Shown here: one piece after another, positions 9,545-18,087 of the stretch
Numbering within the stretch: the first letter of the stretch is position 1
Layout: each line of letters starts with the position of its first letter
Made by a program: the position numbers and the translations under genes
The notes under the pieces: model-generated
Told to the model about the DNA's origin: nothing
What the model saw: only the letters and a program-made list of their open reading frames with translations
Databases searched by the model: none
NCBI GenBank assembly: GCA_024641635.1
Contig: JAHECS010000001.1
Coordinates: 119,845 to 183,844, forward strand
Source: Actinomycetes bacterium
Lineage (GTDB): Bacteria > Actinomycetota > Actinomycetes > S36-B12
Length of the DNA stretch: 64,000 nt
Reading direction: 5' to 3'

Positions 9545-12208
9545 CTAGTGTGCGGCCTCCTGCCAGCTGCTCCCCCAGCCGACGGAGACGTCGAGGGGCA
9601 CCGAGAGGTCGGCGGCGCCCGCCATCGCGGACCGCACCAGGGCTTCGAGCGCCTCGCGCTCACCCGGCCAGACCTCGAGGACGAGCTCGTCGTGGACCTG
9701 GAGGAGGAGTCGGCTCCGCAGCCCCTCGCGGTCGAGACCGGCCTGGAGGTCCAGCATCGATACCTTGACGATGTCAGCCGCCGAGCCCTGGATCGGCGCG
9801 TTCAGGGCCATGCGCTCCGCCATCTCCCGCCTCTGCCGGTTCTCGCTGTTGAGATCGGGCAGGAACCTCCTGCGGCCCATCATCGTCTCCGTGTAGCCGT
9901 GCATCCTGGCCCGCTCGACCACCTCCGCGAGGTAGTCGCGGACGCCGCCGAACCGCTCGAAGTAGTCATCCATGAGGCGCCGCGCCTCGTCGGGGCTGAT
10001 GTCGAGCTGCTGCGACAGTCCGTACGCCGACAGCCCGTACGCGAGCCCGTAGGACATCGCCTTGATCCGGCGGCGCATCTCACCATCGACGTCCGCCGCG
10101 CCCACCCCGAACACCCGACTGGCGACTGTCGTGTGCAGGTCCTCCCCTGATCGGAAGGCGTCGATGAGTCCCGCGTCCTCGGACAGGTGCGCCATGATCC
10201 GCATCTCGATCTGGCTGTAGTCGGCGGTGAGGAGGGTCTCGTAGCCCTCCCCGACGACGAAGCACCCGCGGATGCGCCTTCCGGCGTCCGTCCGGATCGG
10301 GATGTTCTGCAGGTTGGGGTCCGCGCTCGACAGCCGGCCGGTCGCTGCGACCATCTGGTTGAAGCTCGTGTGGATGCGGCTGTGGTCGTCCGCGAGCGGG
10401 ATCAGGCCGTCGACGGTCTGCCGTAGTTTCGAGCGGTCCCGCCATGCCAGCAGCTGCTCGAGCAACGGGTCCTCGGTCTGGGCGTACAGCTGCTGCAACG
10501 CCTCGGCATCCGTGGTGTAGCCCGTCTTGATGCGCTTCGTCTTCGGCAGGTTCCGCTCGCCGAACAGGATCTCCTGCAGCTGCTTGGGCGACCCGAGGTT
10601 GAACGGACGCCCCACCAGCCGGTGCGACTCCTCCTCGGCCCGCCGCATGTCGGCGCCGAACTCGGCGGTGAGCGCGCCCAGTCCGACGAGGTCCACGGCG
10701 ATCCCGGCGTTCTCCATGCGAGCGAGCAGCGGGACGAGCGGGAGCTCGACGTCGTCGAGCAGGTGCCGGACTCCCTGGACGTCGAGGCGGGATCCCAGCT
10801 CATCGGCGAGGCGTCGGATGACGCCGGCCTGACGGGCGAGAGAGGCGGCGGCCTCCTCGCCGGTGTCGAGCAGGAGCTGACCGCCCGGGGCCCCGACGTC
10901 GACGGACTCGCCCAGCACCCGTTGGGCCACGTCGGCCAAGCCGTAGCCCCGATGGCCCGGGGAGTCCAGGTAGGCAGCCAGGGCGGTGTCGAGGCGGACC
11001 CCGGCGAGGCTGTGCCCATCGCTCACGACGGCCAGCGCCGGCCCCTTGGCGTCATGGAGGTCCTTGGCGGCGTCCGCGTCGGCCAGCCAGTCGAGGAGCG
11101 CCCTCGAGGTCGGCTCGTCCGTGCAGTCGAAGTAGCCGGCGACCCCGCGGTCGTCGAGCACGGCTGCCGCGGTGATCTCGCCCCGTCCCCGAGCCCACGT
11201 TCCGCTGAGTGCGACCGCTGAGACCCCACGGGTCTCCGCCAGCCACGCCGCGGACTCGTCACCGGCGACCAGCACAAGAGCGGGCTCGTCATCCGCCGTC
11301 CCGGCGGTCGGGGCCTCGTCGTCGGAGCCGCCCGGCCGCACCTTGTCCAGGCGATCCCGCAGGGCGCGGAACTGCAGGGTGTCGAAGAGGCGGTCCACCT
11401 CGGCGCGGTCCCATGGCTCGAGAACCGCAGCGTCGAGGTCGATGTCGACCGGCACGTCGACGACCAGGCTGGTCAGACGGCGGTTGACGAGAACCTGGGG
11501 CAGCGCCGCGCGGAGGGCGTCGCCGACCTTCCCCCGCACCTGGTCCGCTCGGTCCAGGAGGTCGGCGAGCGAGCCGTACTCACGGATCCACTTGGCCGCG
11601 GTCTTCTCACCCACGCCGGGGATGCCGGGCAGGTTGTCGCTCGGGTCCCCGCGGAGGGCTGCGTAGTCGGGGTACTGGGCCGGCGAGAGGCCGTACTTCT
11701 CCTCTACGGCCGCGGGGGTCATCCGCGCGAGGTCGCTCACGCCCTTCTTGGGGTAGAGCACCGTGACTCGGTCGTCCACCAGCTGGAAGGCGTCACGGTC
11801 ACCGGTGACGATGTCGACGTCCCACCCGCGCTCCCCCGACTGCCGGGTGAGCGTGGCGATGATGTCGTCGGCCTCGTAGCCGTCCAGGCTGAGCACGGGG
11901 ATCCGCAGGGCGGTCAGGACCTCCTTGATCAGGTCGACCTGCCCCGCGAACTCGGCCGGCGACGACGCCCTGTTGGCCTTGTACTCCGGGAAGGATTCCG
12001 TTCGGAACGTGTGCCGCGACACGTCGAATGCGACGGCGACGTGCGTCGGGCGCTCGTCGCGGAGCACGTTGATGAGCATCGAGGTGAAGCCGAAGACGGC
12101 GTTGGTCGGCTGGCCGGTGGTCGTCGAGAAGTTCTCGACGGGCAGCGCGTAGAAGGCCCGGTACGCGAGGGAGTGGCCGTCCAGGAGGAGCAGCCGCTCG
12201 GTCGTCAT
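9545..12208 (-). CDS. polA: DNA polymerase I
   Basis: LLDGHSLAYRAF 5'-3' exonuclease, ADYSQIEMR motif A, LQVHDEL motif C. Confidence 0.98.
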   Translation of the reverse strand: MTTERLLLLDGHSLAYRAFYALPVENFSTTTGQPTNAVFGFTSMLINVLRDERPTHVAVAFDVSRHTFRTESFPEYKANRASSPAEFAGQVDLIKEVLTALRIPVLSLDGYEADDIIATLTRQSGERGWDVDIVTGDRDAFQLVDDRVTVLYPKKGVSDLARMTPAAVEEKYGLSPAQYPDYAALRGDPSDNLPGIPGVGEKTAAKWIREYGSLADLLDRADQVRGKVGDALRAALPQVLVNRRLTSLVVDVPVDIDLDAAVLEPWDRAEVDRLFDTLQFRALRDRLDKVRPGGSDDEAPTAGTADDEPALVLVAGDESAAWLAETRGVSAVALSGTWARGRGEITAAAVLDDRGVAGYFDCTDEPTSRALLDWLADADAAKDLHDAKGPALAVVSDGHSLAGVRLDTALAAYLDSPGHRGYGLADVAQRVLGESVDVGAPGGQLLLDTGEEAAASLARQAGVIRRLADELGSRLDVQGVRHLLDDVELPLVPLLARMENAGIAVDLVGLGALTAEFGADMRRAEEESHRLVGRPFNLGSPKQLQEILFGERNLPKTKRIKTGYTTDAEALQQLYAQTEDPLLEQLLAWRDRSKLRQTVDGLIPLADDHSRIHTSFNQMVAATGRLSSADPNLQNIPIRTDAGRRIRGCFVVGEGYETLLTADYSQIEMRIMAHLSEDAGLIDAFRSGEDLHTTVASRVFGVGAADVDGEMRRRIKAMSYGLAYGLSAYGLSQQLDISPDEARRLMDDYFERFGGVRDYLAEVVERARMHGYTETMMGRRRFLPDLNSENRQRREMAERMALNAPIQGSAADIVKVSMLDLQAGLDREGLRSRLLLQVHDELVLEVWPGEREALEALVRSAMAGAADLSVPLDVSVGWGSSWQEAAH

Positions 12209-12230
12209 CCCGTGATCCTATTCTCAGCGC
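12209..12230. promoter_or_regulatory. Overlapping divergent leaderless promoters for polA and the PaaI thioesterase gene
   Basis: Minus strand TAGGAT (12220-12215), 6 nt, ATG 12208; plus strand TATTCT (12219-12224), 6 nt, ATG 12231. Confidence 0.7.
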
Positions 12231-12641
12231 ATGACAACAGACGGCCCCGCTTCGCCCCGCACACCCCTCGGACCCCTGGCTGAGCGCATGGGCATGGTCG
12301 TCGTCGCGGCCGCGCCCGATCGCGTCGTCATCACGATGCCCGTCGAGGGCAACACCCAGGTCCATGGCCTACTCCACGGAGGAGCGAGCGCCGTTCTCGT
12401 GGAGACGGCCGGATCCATCGGCGCCAGCCTTCATGCCGGCGAGGGCCATGCGGTCGTCGGCCTGGACATCAACTGCACGCACCATCGATCCGCGCGGGAG
12501 GGCCTCGTCACCGCCACCGCGGTGCCCGTGTCGCTGGGCCGGACGGTGACGAGCTACGAGGTGAGCGTGGCCGACGAGAAGGGGCGGCGGCTCTGCACCG
12601 GGCGACTCACCTGCCTCATCCGATCGCTGGAGCAGGTCTAG
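12231..12641 (+). CDS. PaaI family hotdog-fold thioesterase
   Basis: NTQVHGLLHGGASAVLVET, INCTHHRS. Confidence 0.92.
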   Translation: MTTDGPASPRTPLGPLAERMGMVVVAAAPDRVVITMPVEGNTQVHGLLHGGASAVLVETAGSIGASLHAGEGHAVVGLDINCTHHRSAREGLVTATAVPVSLGRTVTSYEVSVADEKGRRLCTGRLTCLIRSLEQV

Positions 12642-12668
12642 CTCGCGAGCCGACAGCCGCGTCAGTCG

Positions 12669-12684
12669 GAAACCAGATGGTTAC
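12669..12684 (+). promoter_or_regulatory. GlnR-box-like site upstream of the ABC permease
   Basis: GAAAC-cagatg-GTTAC: 5-mer half sites 6 nt apart, resembling the actinobacterial gTnAc-n6-GaAAc consensus. Confidence 0.35.
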
Positions 12685-12811
12685 CGTTTTGACCCACGGC
12701 GGCCCCCCGACCGTGGATATGCTGCCCGCGCTGACGCAGGTCAGACGCCGCCTTCGGAGTCACCGGAGGGAGCGCATCGCAATGGGAGGAGCGCCGCGCG
12801 TGCACAGACGC

Positions 12812-14074
12812 ATGATGGCCGCCCTGGGCGCCCTGTTCGTGGCACTCGTCGCACTGTTCGCCCTGGCGCAGCCGGCGTCCGCTGAAGGCGAGACCATCGG
12901 CGGTCGGCTCGAGAACCGTGCCGAGGGCACGAGGACCCCCATCAGCGGAGCGACGATCACGGTCGTGGGCGACGGTTTCGAGGGGTCCACGACGAGCGGT
13001 GACGACGGCACGTGGCTGATCGAGGTCCCCGGGCAGGGCGATTACGAGGTCACCCTCGACGTCGCCACGCTGCCGGAGGGGGTGGGGCTCACCGACGCTG
13101 AGAAGGTCACCGTCGTCACGAACGTGAAGCCGCCGACGAAGAATCGCATCGTCATCTTCCCCCTGGGCCAGAGCACCGCGAAGACCACGACGGTGTGGGA
13201 GCAGGCGGCCCAGCTGACCGTGTCAGGCATCCAGTTCGGCCTCATGATCGCGCTCGGTGCCCTTGGCCTGTCCATCATCTACGGCACGACGGGCCTGACC
13301 AACTTCGCGCATGGCGAGATCATGACCTTCGGGGCTCTCGCCACGTGGACGCTGAACGCCGGCATGGGGGTTCCCTTCGTCCTGGCCGCCATCCTCGGTG
13401 TGATCCTGTCCGGCGCGTTCGGCTGGCTGAACAACGCCGGCCTGTGGAAACCGCTGCGCAAACGGGGCACCGGGCTCATCGCCATGATGATCGTGTCGAT
13501 CGGCCTGGCGCTGTTCCTGCGGAACCTCTTCCTGTTCTTCTACGGCGGTGACAAGAAGGCCTACGCGGAGTACGCGGGCCTGGCGGGCTGGGAGTTCGGT
13601 CCGGTGTCGCTGACCCCCACTGACATCGTGTCGATGGCCGTGGCCGTCGTCGCACTCGTCGTGGTGGTCCTCGTCGTGCAGAAGACCCGCATGGGCAAGG
13701 CAACCCGGGCAGTCTCCGACAACCCCAGCCTTGCCTCCAGCGCTGGCATCAACGTCGAGCGCGTCATCACGTTCGTCTGGGTCCTCGGCGCTGCCCTGGC
13801 CGGCCTGGGTGGCCTGCTGCTCGGCTTCAGCCAGCAGGTGTCATTCCAGATGGGCTTCCAGATCCTGCTCCTCATCTTCGCCGCCGTCACACTCGGCGGA
13901 CTCGGCACCATCTGGGGAGCCATCCTCGGTTCGCTCGTGGTCGGGCTCTTCCTGCAGCTCACCACACTCGTCATCCCCACCGAGCTGAAGAGCGTCGGCG
14001 CTCTGTTCGTCCTGATCGTCATCCTCCTTGTCCGTCCATACGGCCTGCTGGGCCGCCGAGAGCGCGTGGGTTAG
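12812..14074 (+). CDS. livH: Branched-chain amino acid ABC transporter permease (LivH-like) with N-terminal extracytoplasmic domain
   Basis: GLTNFAHGE, AVSDNPSLA, AAVTLGGLGT motifs; signal peptide plus about 100 aa beta-rich domain at N-terminus; start uncertain (12782/12800/12812). Confidence 0.88.
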   Translation: MMAALGALFVALVALFALAQPASAEGETIGGRLENRAEGTRTPISGATITVVGDGFEGSTTSGDDGTWLIEVPGQGDYEVTLDVATLPEGVGLTDAEKVTVVTNVKPPTKNRIVIFPLGQSTAKTTTVWEQAAQLTVSGIQFGLMIALGALGLSIIYGTTGLTNFAHGEIMTFGALATWTLNAGMGVPFVLAAILGVILSGAFGWLNNAGLWKPLRKRGTGLIAMMIVSIGLALFLRNLFLFFYGGDKKAYAEYAGLAGWEFGPVSLTPTDIVSMAVAVVALVVVVLVVQKTRMGKATRAVSDNPSLASSAGINVERVITFVWVLGAALAGLGGLLLGFSQQVSFQMGFQILLLIFAAVTLGGLGTIWGAILGSLVVGLFLQLTTLVIPTELKSVGALFVLIVILLVRPYGLLGRRERVG

Positions 14075-14086
14075 GGGGCGGCAGTC

Positions 14087-15082
14087 ATGGATTGGGGATA
14101 CATCCTCTCGGTCATGGTGGTCTCGGCGTTCGGCGTCGAGGCGATCGTCTTCGGACTGGCCGCGATCGGCGTCAACATGCAGTTCGGCTACACCGGACTG
14201 CTCAACTTCGGCCAGTCGGCGTTCATGGCCGTGGGTGGCTACTCCGTCGCCGTCACGGTCATCGAGTTCGGGTTCAACTTCTGGGTCGGCGTCATTCTCG
14301 GGCTGGTCATCGCAGCACTCCTGGCCGTGATCCTGGGCATCCCGACGCTGCGACTTCGCGCCGACTACCTGGCCATCGTGACCATCGCCGCCGCGGAGAT
14401 CGTCCGACTGCTCGTGCGCTCCGTCACGTTCAAGGACTTCTTCGGCGGTTCTGACGGCAAGCAGAGCTTCGCCAGCGGCTTCTTCGCCCTCAGCCCGCTG
14501 GCCAGCGACGTCTCGTTGCGCATCGGCCCGGTGGCCCTCAACAACCGGCAGATCTTCGTTCTCATCGTCGGCTGGGCAATCGTCTTCCTGGGCTGCCTGC
14601 TCGTCTGGCTGATGGTGCGCTCGCCCTGGGGTCGCGTCCTCAAGGGCATCCGTGAGGACGAGGACGCGGTTCGCAGCCTCGGCAAGAACGTGTACCTGTA
14701 CAAGATGCAGGCCCTGGTCATCGGTGGCATGTTCGGCGCGATCGCCGGCTTCGTCTACGCCGTCGGCAACGAGGCGGTCAGCCCGGACTTCTTCGGGACG
14801 GACACGACGTTCTTCGTCTACGCCATCCTCATCCTCGGCGGCGCCGCGCGGGTCTTCGGGCCGGTCCTCGGCACGGTCATCTTCTGGGCAATCATCCAGG
14901 GGACGGACGTCTTCCTGCGGTCCGCGATCGACGTCGGAGTGCCCGTCATCTCGCTGATGAACGGCACGCAGGCGGCGGTCGTCCGCTTCATGCTCGTCGG
15001 ACTCGGGATCATGCTCCTCATGATCTTCCGACCACAGGGAATCCTCGGAGATCGAAAGGAGCTGGCCCTCGATGCCCGATAG
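14087..15082 (+). CDS. livM: Branched-chain amino acid ABC transporter permease (LivM-like)
   Basis: GYTGLLNFGQ, LRLRADYLAIVT, WGRVLKGIREDE. Confidence 0.92.
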   Translation: MDWGYILSVMVVSAFGVEAIVFGLAAIGVNMQFGYTGLLNFGQSAFMAVGGYSVAVTVIEFGFNFWVGVILGLVIAALLAVILGIPTLRLRADYLAIVTIAAAEIVRLLVRSVTFKDFFGGSDGKQSFASGFFALSPLASDVSLRIGPVALNNRQIFVLIVGWAIVFLGCLLVWLMVRSPWGRVLKGIREDEDAVRSLGKNVYLYKMQALVIGGMFGAIAGFVYAVGNEAVSPDFFGTDTTFFVYAILILGGAARVFGPVLGTVIFWAIIQGTDVFLRSAIDVGVPVISLMNGTQAAVVRFMLVGLGIMLLMIFRPQGILGDRKELALDAR

Positions 15083-15980
15083 CCCTGACGCCGCGTCCGG
15101 CTCGCGCAAGGACGCCGCCGTCCGAGCCCTGGCCGACGTGCCCCGTACCCCGGGCTCACCGAAGCCGGATCCCATCCTCGTCGCCGATCACGTCATCCGG
15201 CGCTTCGGTGGCCTGACCGCCGTCGACGTCGAGCACGTCGAGGTGCAGCGCGGCGCGATCACTGCGCTCATCGGGCCCAACGGCGCCGGCAAGACGACCT
15301 TCTTCAACCTCCTCACCGGCTTCGACACCCCGGACACAGGGAGTTGGCTGTTCAACGGCAAGGACATCGCGGGAGTGCCGTCCTACAAGGTGGCCCGCCT
15401 CGGCATGATCCGCACCTTCCAGCTGACCAAGGCACTGTCCAAGATGACGGTCCTGGAGAACATGCGGCTCGGTGCGACGGCGCAGAAGGGCGAGCGCCTG
15501 CTGGCCTCGATGTTCGGGTTCCTCTGGGGGGCCCAGGAGAAGGCGATCACCGAGAAGGCCGACGACCTGCTCAAGCGCTTCAACATGCATGCGAAGCGCG
15601 CTGACTTCGCGGGCGAGCTGTCGGGCGGCCAGCGCAAGCTGCTGGAGATGGCGAGAGCCCTCATGACCGACCCCGAGATGGTCATGCTCGACGAGCCCAT
15701 GGCCGGCGTGAACCCAGCCCTCACCCAGTCTCTGCTGGAACACATCAAGAACCTCCGGGAGCAGGGAATGACGGTCCTGTTCGTCGAACACGACATGGAC
15801 ATGGTCCGCGACATCAGCGACTGGGTCATCGTCATGGCCCAGGGCAAGGTCATCGCCGAGGGTCCCCCAGATGAGGTCATGCGCGACGAGGCCGTCATCG
15901 TGGCCTACCTGGGCGGCCACCATGACAAGGCGCTGACGTCGACCGGCGTGTCCTTCACCGAGGAGGGTGAGGACCAGTGA
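15072..15980 (+). CDS. livG: Branched-chain amino acid ABC transporter ATPase (LivG-like)
   Basis: GPNGAGKTT, RTFQ, LSGGQRKLLE, MLDEP. Confidence 0.93.
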   Translation: MPDSPDAASGSRKDAAVRALADVPRTPGSPKPDPILVADHVIRRFGGLTAVDVEHVEVQRGAITALIGPNGAGKTTFFNLLTGFDTPDTGSWLFNGKDIAGVPSYKVARLGMIRTFQLTKALSKMTVLENMRLGATAQKGERLLASMFGFLWGAQEKAITEKADDLLKRFNMHAKRADFAGELSGGQRKLLEMARALMTDPEMVMLDEPMAGVNPALTQSLLEHIKNLREQGMTVLFVEHDMDMVRDISDWVIVMAQGKVIAEGPPDEVMRDEAVIVAYLGGHHDKALTSTGVSFTEEGEDQ

Positions 15981-16849
15981 GCGAGCAGCTTCCCGGCGAT
16001 CTGCCCCAGTACGTCTCCCCCCATCAGCGGGAGGAGGCCCTCGACCTCGACGCGGGTCAGCGGGACGAGCCGCGCACCCTCAGCAACTCCGAGGTCCGCG
16101 ACCGCAACGCGCACATTGAAGGGGCGAAGGACGCCCTGATCGTGGCCGACGACCTCATCGCCGGGTACATCCCAGGAGTCAACATCCTCAACGGATCGGA
16201 CCTCTACGCGAAGTCCGGCGAGATGGTCGGGATCATCGGGCCGAACGGGGCAGGCAAGTCCACGCTGCTCAAGGCGATGTTCGGGCTGGTCAAGGTGCGC
16301 ACCGGTCGCGTGACGCTTGCCAACGGGGACATCACGAACGTCCGCGCCGATCAGCTCGTCAACATGGGGATCGGCTTCGTCCCGCAGACCAACAACGTGT
16401 TCCCCTCACTGACCATCCAGGAGAACCTGGAGATGGGCTGCTACCAGGCACCCAAGAAGTTCACCGAGCGGTTCGACTTCGTGTGCGACCTCTTCCCCGC
16501 CCTCGGCGAGCGGCGGGCGCAGCGCGCCGGCCAGCTCTCGGGTGGCGAGCGCCAGATGGTCGCCATGGGCAGGGCACTGATGATGGACCCGTCAGTCCTG
16601 CTGCTCGACGAGCCGTCGGCGGGCCTGTCCCCCATCCTCACCGACGAGGTGTTCGTCCGGGTCAAGGAGATCAACGCGACGGGCGTGACCGTGATCATCG
16701 TCGAGCAGAACGCGATGCGTTGCCTGCAGATCGTGGATCGCGGCTACGTGCTCGACCAGGGCCGTAACGCCTACACGGGGACTGGCCGCGCGCTCGCGAC
16801 GGACCCGAAGGTGGTCCAGCTGTACCTGGGCACCCTCGCCAAGGCCTGA
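15977..16849 (+). CDS. livF: Branched-chain amino acid ABC transporter ATPase (LivF-like)
   Basis: GPNGAGKST, LSGGERQMVA, LLDEPS, VEQN. Confidence 0.93.
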   Translation: MSEQLPGDLPQYVSPHQREEALDLDAGQRDEPRTLSNSEVRDRNAHIEGAKDALIVADDLIAGYIPGVNILNGSDLYAKSGEMVGIIGPNGAGKSTLLKAMFGLVKVRTGRVTLANGDITNVRADQLVNMGIGFVPQTNNVFPSLTIQENLEMGCYQAPKKFTERFDFVCDLFPALGERRAQRAGQLSGGERQMVAMGRALMMDPSVLLLDEPSAGLSPILTDEVFVRVKEINATGVTVIIVEQNAMRCLQIVDRGYVLDQGRNAYTGTGRALATDPKVVQLYLGTLAKA

Positions 16850-16856
16850 CCCTCCC

Positions 16857-16922
16857 CCGCCGAGAGGCAAGCTGTGGTCGTGTAACCGGCCACGTTCACG
16901 ACCATTGCCTGCCTCTCGGCGG
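16857..16922. repeat. REP-like palindrome, family copy A
   Basis: CCGCCGAGAGGCA (16857-16869) pairs with TGCCTCTCGGCGG (16910-16922); TGGTCGTG (16875-16882) pairs with CACGACCA (16897-16904). Confidence 0.88.
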
Positions 16923-16972
16923 CCTGTGGACAGGCATTTGGCACGAGACCCGAGAGTCGGCACCGTTGGCCC

Positions 16973-17980
16973 GTGCCGAACCCGCAGCGCATCCGCGCCA
17001 CCGTCGATGCCCTGGCTGCTCTCCCCCAGCCGGTCGCGCTCGGCGATCTCCCGGGGATCGGACTCACCCGGGGCCGGACCCGATCGGCCATCGCAGCGGG
17101 CGCGCTGGTGCAGGTGCGCCGCGGCTTCGTCGTTCCGACCGACCTGTGGGAGCAGGCCGACCCACGGGCGCGGCACGACCTCAGGCTGCGCGCCGCACTA
17201 CGCGCTTATCCGGGCACATGGGCCAGCCGAGAGTCGGCGGGCCGGCTGGTAGGGCTGCCCGTCTTCGACGACGGGCCGGACGATCCCCACGTGCACATCA
17301 GCAGAAGCGGGACGACGGCGCGGGAGCCGCACGTCACGGTCCACGGCAACGAGGTGCCCGACGGATTCGTGGACACCATTGCCGGGCTACGCACGACGAA
17401 CCTCGTCCGGACCGCGGTCGAACTGTCCGCCGTTCCCTCACAGCGACGCGCGATCGCGGTCATGGATGCTGCGATGCGTCTCATGATCGCCAGCCGCGAC
17501 CCGGATGACGTGCGCGCCCGAGTCCTCGACGCAGCGGCGCGCGACCACGCACGGCACGTCCTCGATGCCGCCATCGGGCCGTACAGCCGGCATCGCTGGG
17601 TCACCAGCGTCCGGCGGGCCGTCGCATCGGCGAATCCGGCGGCGGAGTCAGTGCTCGAGTCGTTCTCACGCGTGGCCATGTGCGACGCACGGCTCCCCGA
17701 GCCGGAGTGCGGCGTCCCAGTGGTCGGCGACGATGGCCGGACCTACTGGGCGGACTTCCTGTGGCGGAGGCACCGAGTGATCGGCGAAGCAGACGGAGCG
17801 GCCAAGTATCGCCAGGTCAGCCAGCTCGTCGAGGAGAAGAGGCGTGAAGAAGCGCTTCGCGGAGCCGGTTGGACCGTGGTCCGCTGGGGTTGGCCAGAGG
17901 CCGTCACGGACCCCCAGGTGATGGTGCGACGACTGCGGGCCGCCCTCGCCGCCCCGCCGACAGGCACGCCGTGGTCGTGA
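16973..17980 (+). CDS. AbiEi-like N-terminal domain plus C-terminal DUF559/Vsr-like nuclease protein
   Basis: LVQVRRG, SRESAGRLVGLP, TTNLVRTAVEL (AbiEi-like); AESVLES, ADFLW..VIGEADG..KY, EKRREEALRGAGWTVVRW (DUF559/Vsr-like). Confidence 0.85.
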   Translation: MPNPQRIRATVDALAALPQPVALGDLPGIGLTRGRTRSAIAAGALVQVRRGFVVPTDLWEQADPRARHDLRLRAALRAYPGTWASRESAGRLVGLPVFDDGPDDPHVHISRSGTTAREPHVTVHGNEVPDGFVDTIAGLRTTNLVRTAVELSAVPSQRRAIAVMDAAMRLMIASRDPDDVRARVLDAAARDHARHVLDAAIGPYSRHRWVTSVRRAVASANPAAESVLESFSRVAMCDARLPEPECGVPVVGDDGRTYWADFLWRRHRVIGEADGAAKYRQVSQLVEEKRREEALRGAGWTVVRWGWPEAVTDPQVMVRRLRAALAAPPTGTPWS

Positions 17981-18019
17981 AGACCCCCCGTTTGACGACC
18001 ACGGCGTGCCTCTCGGCGG
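17954..18019. repeat. REP-like palindrome, family copy B (overlaps the 3' end of the nuclease gene)
   Basis: 25-bp inverted repeat with one mismatch, 17954-17978 vs 17995-18019, 16-nt loop. Confidence 0.9.
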
Positions 18020-18038
18020 ATGGGGGTGTCCGAAGACG

Positions 18039-18074
18039 ACTGTGGGGGCCGTCCCGAAGGACGGCCCCCACAGT
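18039..18074. terminator. Intrinsic terminator-like hairpin downstream of the binding-protein gene
   Basis: Perfect 16-bp stem ACTGTGGGGGCCGTCC-CGAA-GGACGGCCCCCACAGT. Confidence 0.8.
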
Positions 18075-18087
18075 GCGTGGTGCGTGA

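Larger units (their letters stand above)
16857..18019 (+). mobile_element. Putative selfish module: palindrome - AbiEi/DUF559 nuclease gene - palindrome
   Basis: Outer arms form 25-bp terminal inverted repeats (23/25 identical, first 13 bp perfect); lies between livF and the convergent binding-protein gene; no target-site duplication seen; mobility is inferred, not shown. Confidence 0.45.

Noticed and set aside
9545-12208. Degenerate 3'-5' exonuclease domain of PolA
   Set aside because: Loss of proofreading motifs is common in actinobacterial and many other bacterial Pol I enzymes.
16973-17980. Type IV toxin-antitoxin pair
   Set aside because: No AbiEii-like nucleotidyltransferase gene is adjacent; the gene is solo and ends in a nuclease-like domain.
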